From Escherichia coli (GTDB lineage: Bacteria; Pseudomonadota; Gammaproteobacteria; Enterobacterales; Enterobacteriaceae), in assembly GCF_009931435.1 (NCBI RefSeq), contig NZ_CP043414.1: DNA of 64,000 nt; one strand, written 5' to 3'. The notes below the pieces were generated by a model. It was not told the DNA's origin and searched no databases. It saw nothing but the letters and a program-made list of their open reading frames with translations. Shown piece by piece: positions 1 through 9,227 of the stretch. Position numbers and translations under genes: made by a program. How positions within the stretch are numbered: position 1 is the first letter of the stretch; every line of letters starts with the position of its first letter.

Positions 1-217
1 TTTGCGCTTCCTCCAGCCACGCTTGCGGCACTTCGCGTGAACTGCGCAACGCCCGATCGCCCGCCATAAACTCCCGGCTTTGCTGGCTTAAGCCCTTCTC
101 CATGCGATCGCTGATGTTGCCCAGCGCCAGCACGCAGGCCACCGCCAGGCTTAGCGCCAGCCAGACAATTAATAGCGACGGCGAGCGCCATTCCCGCCAG
201 AACCAACGTGCAATCAT
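1..217 (-). CDS. ybbP: ABC transporter permease YbbP, N-terminal ~72 codons only (gene runs off the window start)
   Basis: Reverse-strand ATG at 217-215 overlaps the ybbA stop (ATGA). My hand translation begins MIARWFWREWRSPSLLIVWLALSLAVAC, matching YbbP as I recall it. Not in the ORF track because it is truncated by the window. Confidence 0.8.
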   Translation of the reverse strand, partial: MIARWFWREWRSPSLLIVWLALSLAVACVLALGNISDRMEKGLSQQSREFMAGDRALRSSREVPQAWLEEAQ

Positions 218-900
218 GCTTCCTCCTGCAACTGCCCGTTCACCAGCCGTAAGCAGCGGTCGCAGCGTGCCGCCAGTTGCAGGTCGTGGGTCACCATAAT
301 CAACGTGGTGCCATGTTCACGGTTGAGGGAAAACAGCAGGTCGGCAATTTTATCGCCCGTCTGGCGGTCAAGGTTGCCGGTGGGTTCGTCGGCAAACAGC
401 ACATCAGGTCTACCGTTAAAGGCTCGGGCCAGCGCCACTCGTTGCTGTTCACCGCCGGAAAGCTGTGCCGGAAGATGATCAAGACGTTTACCCAGCCCTA
501 ACTGTTCGAGCAACGCTTTCGCCCCATTACGACTTTCCGCGCTACTTTCACCGCGCAGCAGCGCCGGAAGCTCGACGTTTTCCAGCGCGTTAAGGGTAGG
601 AATTAACATAAACGACTGAAAAACAAAGCCTACGTGCTTCGCGCGCAACTTTGCCCGCGCTTCTTCGTCCATATTATGTAGCGGTTGTCCCACCAGACTC
701 ACTTCGCCACTGCTGCCGTCATCCAGCCCGGCGAGGATCGCCAGCAAGGTTGACTTACCCGATCCCGACTCGCCCACCAGCGCGATGGTCTCGCCACGTT
801 TGACAACCAGCTCAACTCCGGTGAGGATGGAGAGTTCATGCTCCCCCTGACCGACGGACTTCTTAAGATGATGAACTTCAACAATGTTTTCCGCTGGCAT
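214..900 (-). CDS. ybbA: ABC transporter ATP-binding protein YbbA
   Basis: 228-aa ORF with Walker A GESGSGKST, ABC signature LSGGEQQR and Walker B LFADEPTGNLD. Position and length match K-12 ybbA next to tesA. Confidence 0.9.
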   Translation of the reverse strand: MPAENIVEVHHLKKSVGQGEHELSILTGVELVVKRGETIALVGESGSGKSTLLAILAGLDDGSSGEVSLVGQPLHNMDEEARAKLRAKHVGFVFQSFMLIPTLNALENVELPALLRGESSAESRNGAKALLEQLGLGKRLDHLPAQLSGGEQQRVALARAFNGRPDVLFADEPTGNLDRQTGDKIADLLFSLNREHGTTLIMVTHDLQLAARCDRCLRLVNGQLQEEA

Positions 901-1494
901 TTGCCCTTCCTGTTCCTGGTCCTGTTAACCTTCCGTGCCGCCGCAGCGGACACGTTATTGATTCTGGGTGATAGCCTGAGCGCCGGGTATCGAATGTCTG
1001 CCAGCGCGGCCTGGCCTGCCTTGTTGAATGATAAGTGGCAGAGTAAAACGTCGGTAGTCAATGCCAGCATCAGCGGCGACACCTTGCAACAAGGGCTGGC
1101 GCGCCTTCCGGCTCTGCTGAAACAGCATCAGCCGCGCTGGGTGCTGGTTGAACTGGGCGGCAATGACGGTTTGCGTGGTTTTCAGCCACAACAAACCGAG
1201 CAAACGCTGCGCCAGATTTTGCAGGATGTCAAAGCCGCCAACGCTGAACCATTGTTAATGCAAATACGTCTGCCTGCAAACTATGGTCGCCGTTATAATG
1301 AAGCCTTTAGCGCCATTTACCCCAAACTCGCCAAAGAGTTTGATGTTCCGCTGCTGCCCTTTTTTATGGAAGAGGTCTACCTCAAGCCACAATGGATGCA
1401 GGATGACGGTATTCATCCCAACCGCGACGCCCAGCCGTTTATTGCCGACTGGATGGCGAAGCAGTTGCAGCCTTTAGTAAATCATGACTCATAA
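868..1494 (+). CDS. tesA: Acyl-CoA thioesterase I / protease I / lysophospholipase L1 (SGNH hydrolase)
   Basis: Track ORF 838-1494; I place the start at the internal MMNFNNVFRW (868) to give the 208-aa TesA precursor. GDSLSAGY SGNH motif follows a signal peptide. Confidence 0.9.
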   Translation: MMNFNNVFRWHLPFLFLVLLTFRAAAADTLLILGDSLSAGYRMSASAAWPALLNDKWQSKTSVVNASISGDTLQQGLARLPALLKQHQPRWVLVELGGNDGLRGFQPQQTEQTLRQILQDVKAANAEPLLMQIRLPANYGRRYNEAFSAIYPKLAKEFDVPLLPFFMEEVYLKPQWMQDDGIHPNRDAQPFIADWMAKQLQPLVNHDS

Positions 1495-2293
1495 AGCAAC
1501 GGAGATCCTGACAGGTAAAGTTATGCAAAAATCGGTCTTAATTACCGGATGTTCCAGTGGAATTGGCCTGGAAAGCGCGCTCGAATTAAAACGCCAGGGT
1601 TTTCATGTGCTGGCCGGTTGCCGGAAACCGGATGATGTTGAGCGCATGAACAATATGGGATTCACCGGCGTGTTGATCGATCTGGATTCGCCAGAAAATA
1701 TTGATCGCGCAGCCGACGAAGTGATCGCCCTGACCGATAATTGTCTGTATGGGATCTTTAACAATGCTGGATTCGGCATGTATGGCCCCCTTTCCACCAT
1801 CAGCCGTGCGCAGATGGAACAGCAGTTTTCTGCCAACTTTTTCGGCGCACACCAGCTCACCATGCGCCTGTTACCCGCGATGTTACCGCACGGTGAAGGG
1901 CGTATTGTGATGACCTCATCGGTCATGGGATTAATCTCCACGCCGGGTCGCGGCGCTTACGCAGCCAGTAAATATGCGCTGGAGGCGTGGTCAGACGCAC
2001 TGCGCATGGAGCTGCGCCACAGCGGAATTAAAGTTAGTCTGATCGAACCCGGTCCTATTCGCACTCGCTTCACCGACAACGTCAACCAGACGCAAAGCGA
2101 TAAGCCGGTCGAAAACCCCGGCATCGCCGCCCGCTTTACGTTGGGGCCGGAAGCAGTGGTCGACAAAGTGCGCCATGCTTTTATTAGCGAGAAGCCGAAG
2201 ATGCGCTATCCGGTGACGCTGGTGACCTGGGCGGTAATGGTGCTCAAACGCCTGCTGCCGGGGCGCTTGATGGACAAAATATTGCAGGGGTGA
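1484..2293 (+). CDS. ybbO: Short-chain dehydrogenase/reductase YbbO
   Basis: 269-aa ORF with SDR glycine-rich motif TGCSSGIG and catalytic YxxxK (YAASK). Start may instead be the downstream MQKS. Confidence 0.85.
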   Translation: MTHKATEILTGKVMQKSVLITGCSSGIGLESALELKRQGFHVLAGCRKPDDVERMNNMGFTGVLIDLDSPENIDRAADEVIALTDNCLYGIFNNAGFGMYGPLSTISRAQMEQQFSANFFGAHQLTMRLLPAMLPHGEGRIVMTSSVMGLISTPGRGAYAASKYALEAWSDALRMELRHSGIKVSLIEPGPIRTRFTDNVNQTQSDKPVENPGIAARFTLGPEAVVDKVRHAFISEKPKMRYPVTLVTWAVMVLKRLLPGRLMDKILQG

Positions 2294-2311
2294 GTTGAAG
2301 CCCGCGCTTAA

Positions 2312-3208
<897 letters not shown>

Positions 3209-3235
3209 TTTTCCGTTGAAATGCGATGTGCTGGT

Positions 3236-3322
3236 TTGTAGGCCTGATAAGACGCGCCAGCGTCGCATCAGGCATCCGCGCATAGCCGCCGGATGCGGCG
3301 TGAACGCCTTATCCGGCCTACC
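3236..3322. repeat. REP/BIME palindromic elements in the cnoX-fetB spacer
   Basis: Two inverted REP units read directly: gtaggcctgataagacgcgccagcgtcgcatcaggc and gccggatgcggcgtgaacgccttatccggcctac. Confidence 0.8.
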
Positions 3323-3342
3323 AAACCGTGCTAATTCAATAT

Positions 3343-4122
3343 TTATTTCTTCGTCAATTGCGTCACCACCAACTGGTGGCGCGAATTATAAAACTTACGA
3401 TAGGTTAAATAGCAGGCAATAATGGTCGACAAGCTGGCGGTGGAGAGCAGCATAAAGGTCACCATAATCTGATATTTAATCGCCTTCACCGGATCAATCC
3501 CGGCAAATATCAGCCCGGACATCATTCCCGGTAAACTCACTAAGCCAACCGTTTTTGCTGAATCGACCGTCGGAATTAAAGCCGCGCGAATACTGTCGCG
3601 AATCAATATCGCTGAAGCCTGTTTCGGCGTCGCGCCAAGACTCAGTTTCTCCTGAATCTGTTGTTGTTCGCTAATCACCCGTTGCCCTAAATTGTTGTAA
3701 CACAGCCCTACCGCCACCATCGCGTTACCGGCAATCATCCCGGCAATAGGAATCACCTGCATCGGGATAAACTCAATCGACCCTGAGAGAATCAGCACCG
3801 CCAGGGTAATTCCCGCCCCGACCGTAATAGCAATAAACGATGAGATAAAAGCTTTAGCAATATATTTACTGCGTTTTTGCGCATTCCACGCCGCATTAAA
3901 GCAGATAAATAACACCATCAATAATGTCAGGCTGGCATCATCCACGCTGAAAATATACTTCAGCACATAGCCGACAATAATCAGCTGAATTATCGCCCGC
4001 CCGACGCTCCAGAGAATATCTTTCTCCAGCGCCAGTTTTTCTTTATGGCTAATTAAGATTGCTACCACCACCAGCATTAATGCCAGTGCCAATGATTCGT
4101 TAGTAATATTATGCGAGTTCAT
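3343..4122 (-). CDS. fetB: Iron export ABC transporter permease FetB (YbbM)
   Basis: Polytopic hydrophobic ORF (track 3343-4149, trimmed to MNSHNITNESL) immediately downstream of and overlapping fetA. Confidence 0.85.
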   Translation of the reverse strand: MNSHNITNESLALALMLVVVAILISHKEKLALEKDILWSVGRAIIQLIIVGYVLKYIFSVDDASLTLLMVLFICFNAAWNAQKRSKYIAKAFISSFIAITVGAGITLAVLILSGSIEFIPMQVIPIAGMIAGNAMVAVGLCYNNLGQRVISEQQQIQEKLSLGATPKQASAILIRDSIRAALIPTVDSAKTVGLVSLPGMMSGLIFAGIDPVKAIKYQIMVTFMLLSTASLSTIIACYLTYRKFYNSRHQLVVTQLTKK

Positions 4123-4786
4123 AGCGTGCTTCCTGCATTTCTCCGGCATGCGGTTGCAGTGTAATCACTTTATCCGCATGATTAATTTCGTCTTTATCGT
4201 GTGTCACCCACAGCACGGCAATATTTTGCTCGCGCACATAACGGTGGATCATCTCATTAACGTTATGTTTATTACTTTCATCCAGTGCACTGGTGATTTC
4301 ATCCAGCAATAATACCTTTGGCATAAATTGCAGGTTACGAATCAATGAGATGCGTTGTTTTTCACCACCAGATAGCTCGGCGATATTCTTTGTCAAAATG
4401 CTGTCCGGCAAAGCGAAGCGTTCGAGAAAATCGAGAAAAATGGCTGGGTCAGGCTGCTGGTTACGGATCTGCCAGGGAAAGATCAGATTATCGTATACCG
4501 TATCGCCAAACAGCGTCGGCGTCTGGGCGCAGTAAGATACTTGCTGGCGGTAGATTTCTGGCTTGAGTGTACTGACATCCTCACCTTCAAACAGCAACGT
4601 TCCGCTGGTTGGGCTGATTAATGAAGCAACAATTTTCAGCAGCGTACTTTTGCCACAACCGGAAGGGCCGGTAATTAACTTAAATTCGCCAGCACGTAGC
4701 GAAAAATTGATGTTATTAAGAATCTTCGTATCACCCGCCAGATATCCTACGTTTTGTAGCTGAAGCAAAGGACTATTTTCCTGCAT
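4109..4786 (-). CDS. fetA: Iron export ABC transporter ATP-binding protein FetA (YbbL)
   Basis: 225-aa ORF with Walker A GPSGCGKST, signature LSGGEKQR and Walker B LLLDEITSALD. Confidence 0.9.
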   Translation of the reverse strand: MQENSPLLQLQNVGYLAGDTKILNNINFSLRAGEFKLITGPSGCGKSTLLKIVASLISPTSGTLLFEGEDVSTLKPEIYRQQVSYCAQTPTLFGDTVYDNLIFPWQIRNQQPDPAIFLDFLERFALPDSILTKNIAELSGGEKQRISLIRNLQFMPKVLLLDEITSALDESNKHNVNEMIHRYVREQNIAVLWVTHDKDEINHADKVITLQPHAGEMQEARYELA

Positions 4787-4931
4787 CGCTGTTCCCTTTT
4801 TCTGATTTTTACTAAAAACAGTTTATCCTTCGCAGGAATAAGGGGGAACTCTCTTTCAGTAATCAGGTATAATTTGTTTAATCAAGCAGCAATTTTGCTG
4901 ATTATGGACGGTACAACAGGAGGTTTTTCCG

Positions 4932-5849
4932 ATGCTTATCTTTATCCCGATTCTCATTTTTGTCGCGCTGGTCATTGTCGGCGCGGGTGTTAAAATCGTG
5001 CCGCAGGGCTATCAGTGGACAGTAGAACGTTTTGGTCGCTATACCAAAACGTTACAGCCGGGGCTCAGTCTGGTGGTGCCGTTTATGGATCGCATTGGTC
5101 GCAAGATCAATATGATGGAACAAGTGCTCGATATCCCTTCCCAGGAAGTTATCTCGAAAGATAACGCCAACGTTACCATCGACGCCGTGTGCTTTATTCA
5201 GGTGATTGATGCCCCGCGCGCGGCTTATGAAGTCAGCAATCTGGAGCTGGCGATCATCAATCTGACCATGACTAACATCCGTACCGTACTGGGTTCAATG
5301 GAACTTGACGAAATGCTCTCTCAGCGCGATAGCATCAACTCACGTTTGCTACGTATTGTCGATGAGGCCACCAACCCGTGGGGGATTAAAGTCACCCGTA
5401 TTGAAATTCGCGACGTGCGCCCACCGGCAGAGCTTATCTCTTCGATGAACGCGCAGATGAAAGCGGAACGTACCAAACGCGCTTACATCCTTGAAGCGGA
5501 AGGGATCCGTCAGGCGGAAATCCTCAAAGCCGAAGGTGAAAAACAGTCGCAAATCCTGAAAGCGGAAGGTGAACGTCAGTCGGCATTTTTGCAAGCTGAA
5601 GCGCGTGAACGTTCCGCTGAAGCAGAAGCCCGTGCCACTAAAATGGTGTCGGAAGCCATCGCCTCTGGTGATATTCAGGCAGTGAACTACTTCGTAGCAC
5701 AGAAATACACCGAAGCGTTGCAGCAGATCGGTTCTTCCAGTAACAGCAAAGTGGTGATGATGCCATTAGAGGCCAGCAGCCTGATGGGGTCGATAGCCGG
5801 GATTGCCGAGCTGGTGAAAGACAGCGCCAACAAGCGGACTCAGCCATGA
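4932..5849 (+). CDS. qmcA: SPFH/band-7 (stomatin-like) membrane protein QmcA
   Basis: 305-aa ORF with N-terminal transmembrane helix, SPFH core and a C-terminal coiled coil with EAEG/KAEGE repeats. Confidence 0.9.
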   Translation: MLIFIPILIFVALVIVGAGVKIVPQGYQWTVERFGRYTKTLQPGLSLVVPFMDRIGRKINMMEQVLDIPSQEVISKDNANVTIDAVCFIQVIDAPRAAYEVSNLELAIINLTMTNIRTVLGSMELDEMLSQRDSINSRLLRIVDEATNPWGIKVTRIEIRDVRPPAELISSMNAQMKAERTKRAYILEAEGIRQAEILKAEGEKQSQILKAEGERQSAFLQAEARERSAEAEARATKMVSEAIASGDIQAVNYFVAQKYTEALQQIGSSSNSKVVMMPLEASSLMGSIAGIAELVKDSANKRTQP

Positions 5850-6304
5850 TGGAGTTAATGGTCGTTCACCCACATATTTTCTGGCTCAGTCTCGGCGGGT
5901 TGCTGCTGGCTGCCGAAATGCTGGGCGGCAATGGTTATCTGTTGTGGAGCGGCGTGGCAGCGGTGATTACCGGCCTGGTGGTCTGGTTGCTGCCGCTGGG
6001 CTGGGAGTGGCAAGGGGTGATGTTTGCCATCCTGACGCTGCTCGCCGCCTGGCTGTGGTGGAAATGGTTGTCGCGACGGGTTCGCGAACAAAAGCACAGC
6101 GACAGTCATCTTAACCAGCGCGGGCAGCAGCTGATTGGCCGACGTTTTGTGCTGGAATCACCGCTGGTCAATGGGCGAGGTCATATGCGCGTCGGCGACA
6201 GTTCATGGCCTGTCAGCGCCAGCGAGGATCTCAGTGCAGGTACGCATGTTGAGGTGATTGCGATAGAAGGGATAACGCTGATTATCCGTGCGGTCATCGC
6301 CTGA
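5846..6304 (+). CDS. ybbJ: NfeD-family membrane protein YbbJ (QmcA partner)
   Basis: 152-aa ORF overlapping the qmcA stop by 4 nt; hydrophobic N-terminus and a C-terminal OB-like soluble domain. Confidence 0.85.
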   Translation: MMELMVVHPHIFWLSLGGLLLAAEMLGGNGYLLWSGVAAVITGLVVWLLPLGWEWQGVMFAILTLLAAWLWWKWLSRRVREQKHSDSHLNQRGQQLIGRRFVLESPLVNGRGHMRVGDSSWPVSASEDLSAGTHVEVIAIEGITLIIRAVIA

Positions 6305-6386
6305 TGCGACGCTGGCGCGTCTTATCATGCCTACAAAATATGCCCGAATCGTAGGCCAGATAAGGTGCTTGCGCCGCATCCGGCAT
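6301..6386. repeat. REP/BIME palindromic elements at the ybbJ 3' end
   Basis: ctgatgcgacgctggcgcgtcttatcatgcctac ... gtaggccagataaggtgcttgcgccgcatccggca, read directly. This marks the left edge of the ybbJ-cueR insert. Confidence 0.75.
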
Positions 6387-6406
6387 ATAGCCGAGTAGAG
6401 GCAAAA

Positions 6407-6769
6407 TTACTCTTCCCGGCCTTTACCCATACTTTTTTGGTCTTCATCCGGATAATGTTTTTTTAGATATTCCAGGACGTTTTTATTGACCTTGTGTTGC
6501 GTATACACCCACCCTTTCCAGTAATCAGGCTGGTCCAGGTAAACTTCTGGCGGAATGGTGAAATCAGAAAGCGTTAACCATTCGGCTAATAGATCGGGGT
6601 TTCGTTTCTGGATTAACTGCAACAGCATAATCAGTGACATAGCTGAGGCAGGAGCCGTACTATCGCCACTTAAATATTTCCACACTGTTGACCGGTTCGA
6701 ACGAAAAAGGATCGGTAGCAATGCCCGGTCCAGATTCATTTCATTAAAAATCTTCTCAAATTCATTCAT
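6407..6769 (-). CDS. Hypothetical 120-aa protein (no motif I recognise), first gene of the ybbJ-cueR accessory block
   Basis: Intact ORF with an AGGAAA Shine-Dalgarno about 8 nt upstream; transcribed divergently from the autotransporter-like gene across an AT-rich spacer. Confidence 0.5.
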   Translation of the reverse strand: MNEFEKIFNEMNLDRALLPILFRSNRSTVWKYLSGDSTAPASAMSLIMLLQLIQKRNPDLLAEWLTLSDFTIPPEVYLDQPDYWKGWVYTQHKVNKNVLEYLKKHYPDEDQKSMGKGREE

Positions 6770-7135
6770 TTAAATTTTCCTGCCTGGCGTAAACCTCTTA
6801 AAAATTGAGATTTATCAAAGAAACGCATTTTAGCACACATCAGGAACTGCTTCACGTTTAGTCCAGAAACAGAATTTATTTCGCTTATCAAAACAAGTCT
6901 TTACTCTTTTTTACATTGAAAGAGCACGAAATGATTTCCTTTTTTATTTATATAAGAAACCATTTTTGTTTCTTATTGATGGTGTTTACGCTTACACCAG
7001 ACAAAAATGCGCTTTACATCACACAAATGGCGGCGTAGATTTCGATTAAATTGCAACGTAGTTTATTTCTTAAAACAATATTATTTGTTTCTTATGGAAA
7101 CATTAATGCGACTTATTTTGAACAAGAGAAAATGA

Positions 7136-8152
7136 ATGAAAACTGTAAACGTAGCTTTACTGGCACTCATAATTTCAGCAACATCCAGCCCTATTGTTTT
7201 AGCTGGTGATACCATTGAAGCGGCGGCAACAGAGCTTTCAGCCATTAACTCTGGCATGTCGCAATCGGAGATTGAGCAGAAGATTACCCGCTTTTTAGAA
7301 CGCACCGACAACAGCCCCGCTGCATATACCTATTTGACTGAACATCACTACATCCCTTCTGAAACACCTGATACCACTCTGACTCCCCCTGTCCAGACAG
7401 ATCCTGACGCAGGACAAAAAACCGTTGCCGCTACAGGTGATGTACAGACAACCGCCCGTTATCAGAGCATGATCAACGCCCGACAGTCTGCGGTAACTGA
7501 TGCCCAGCAAACGCAAATTACAGAGCAACAGGCGCAGATCGTAGCCACACAAAAAACGCTCGCCGCGACTGGAGATACGCAAAATACCGCGCATTATCAG
7601 GAGATGATTAATGCCAGGCTGGCGGCTCAAAATGAGGCTAATCAGCGCACTACCACTGAACAAGGGCAGAAAATGAATGCGCTGACAACCGATGTGGCAG
7701 CACAACAGCAATATGAAAGGACTCAATACGATAAACAAATGCAAAGTCTGGCGCAGAAGTCTGTCCAGGCACATGAGCAAATTGAAAGTCTGAGACAAGA
7801 TTCCGCACAAACGCAGCAACAGTTAACCAACACCCAAAACCGGGTCGCTGATAACAGCCAGCAAATTAACACGCTCAATAACCATTTCGATTCTCTGAAA
7901 AACGAAGTTGAGGACAATCGTAAAGAAGCCAATGCGGGAACTGCATCTGCCATCGCTATCGCCTCACAACCACAGGTGAAAACCGGTGACTTGATGATGG
8001 TGTCAGCGGGAGCGGGAACGTTCAACGGTGAATCTGCGGTGTCTGTAGGAACATCTTTTAATGCCGGAACGCATACGGTACTTAAAGCAGGTATTTCTGC
8101 GGATACACAATCTGATTTCGGTGCGGGTGTCGGCGTGGGATATTCGTTCTAA
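7136..8152 (+). CDS. Short trimeric-autotransporter-like protein with YadA-type C-terminal membrane anchor
   Basis: N-terminal signal peptide (MKTVNVALLALIISATSSPIVLAGD), Q-rich coiled-coil stalk with an internal ~40-aa duplication, and a C-terminal ~75 aa (ASAIAIASQPQ...GDLMMVSAGAGTFNGESAVSVG...FGAGVGVGYSF) matching the YadA anchor pattern with a terminal aromatic. Confidence 0.75.
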   Translation: MKTVNVALLALIISATSSPIVLAGDTIEAAATELSAINSGMSQSEIEQKITRFLERTDNSPAAYTYLTEHHYIPSETPDTTLTPPVQTDPDAGQKTVAATGDVQTTARYQSMINARQSAVTDAQQTQITEQQAQIVATQKTLAATGDTQNTAHYQEMINARLAAQNEANQRTTTEQGQKMNALTTDVAAQQQYERTQYDKQMQSLAQKSVQAHEQIESLRQDSAQTQQQLTNTQNRVADNSQQINTLNNHFDSLKNEVEDNRKEANAGTASAIAIASQPQVKTGDLMMVSAGAGTFNGESAVSVGTSFNAGTHTVLKAGISADTQSDFGAGVGVGYSF

Positions 8153-8205
8153 TTTTAACAGCAATTTCTTATTCGCAATTTTCCGCACATTATTTAAGGT
8201 TAACA

Positions 8206-8628
8206 ATGATGAATAGCTCCATTAAATCGTTTTCCCTGCTGGCGGTTATATTACTGGCTGGCTGTAGTTCACCCACTTCCGGCATCGCAGATTGCCAGGC
8301 GCAGGGCGTCAGTCATGATACCTGTTATCTCGCAGAACAGCAGCGTCAGACGGCTATTTTAAGTGCATCCGAGGCGCAGGCATTTAAAAATGCAGAAGCC
8401 GCACAACATGCCCAGGCGGCAAAGAAAGCCATTTATAAAGGATTTGGCGTCACCTTCAGAATGAGCAGTAAGAACTTTGCTTATCTCAATGATTCATTAT
8501 GTGCCATAGATGAAGATAATGCCGATGCCACGGTTTATCAGTCGGGTCTGTATAACGTCATTGTTTATCATCACACAGGAAAAATCGCCTTAATGAAAGA
8601 AGGCCAGTTTGTGGGTTATTTAAAATGA
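8206..8628 (+). CDS. Putative lipoprotein (140 aa)
   Basis: Signal peptide ending in lipobox L-A-G-C (LLAGCSS); same strand and immediately downstream of the autotransporter-like gene. Confidence 0.6.
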   Translation: MMNSSIKSFSLLAVILLAGCSSPTSGIADCQAQGVSHDTCYLAEQQRQTAILSASEAQAFKNAEAAQHAQAAKKAIYKGFGVTFRMSSKNFAYLNDSLCAIDEDNADATVYQSGLYNVIVYHHTGKIALMKEGQFVGYLK

Positions 8629-8816
8629 AACTCACGCTTATACATATTATGATTATTGGCGCTTTTATCTTTGCATTCTTGCAAGTGGTATTATTAGCCT
8701 CCCTGGTTCACGCTATGAATGTTAACAACGAAATCCAGGAAGGCTTATTTCAGTCGGGGCGCATTATGGTAGAAAGTTTGCAGCATATTCTTTCGGTGCA
8801 AACGGGGATTAACTGA
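8625..8816 (+). CDS. Putative small membrane protein (63 aa), translationally coupled to the lipoprotein gene
   Basis: ATGA start/stop overlap with the upstream ORF; one predicted transmembrane helix (IMIIGAFIFAFLQVVLLASLV). Its stop lies 3 bp from the convergent cueR stop. Confidence 0.4.
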   Translation: MKLTLIHIMIIGAFIFAFLQVVLLASLVHAMNVNNEIQEGLFQSGRIMVESLQHILSVQTGIN

Positions 8817-8819
8817 TTT

Positions 8820-9227
8820 TCACCCTGCCCGATGATGACAGCAGCCAGAGAGATTTTCGATAATCGGGCAATCGGCGCTGTCATCACCGGGGCAGGCATT
8901 CGCCAGCGCCAGTAGCTGGTCGCGCATGGATTGCAGCTCCTCAATGTGCCGTTCGATCTCCGCCACCTTCTCCAGCGTGCGCCGTTTTACATCGGCGCTA
9001 TGCCGCTGCGGGTCGTTAAACAGATTTACCAGTTCGCCGCTCTCTTCCAGGTTAAAGCCCACCTGGCGCGCCTGGCGCAGTAAGGTCAGTTCGTTGAGAT
9101 GCTGCTGCGTGTAGGTTCGATAACCATTTTCGCTGCGCATCGGCGGCGTCACCAGCCCCTTTTCTTCATAGAAGCGAATGGCTTTGCTGGTCAGGCCGGT
9201 AATTTTTGCTACATCGCTAATGTTCAT
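8820..9227 (-). CDS. cueR: Cu(I)-responsive MerR-family transcriptional activator CueR
   Basis: 135-aa [29 protein letters not shown]..., with the MerR HTH and the C-terminal metal-binding [10 protein letters not shown] motif. Confidence 0.95.

Noticed and set aside
102-501. Plus-strand ORFs 102-299 and 277-501 overlapping ybbP/ybbA
   Set aside because: They overlap the well-supported minus-strand ybbA and ybbP coding sequences out of frame; no RBS and no motifs.
6770-7135. AT-rich spacer considered as a possible small RNA gene or IS remnant
   Set aside because: No terminal inverted repeats, no transposase fragment and no terminator-like hairpin with U-run were seen; most simply a divergent promoter region for the flanking accessory genes.
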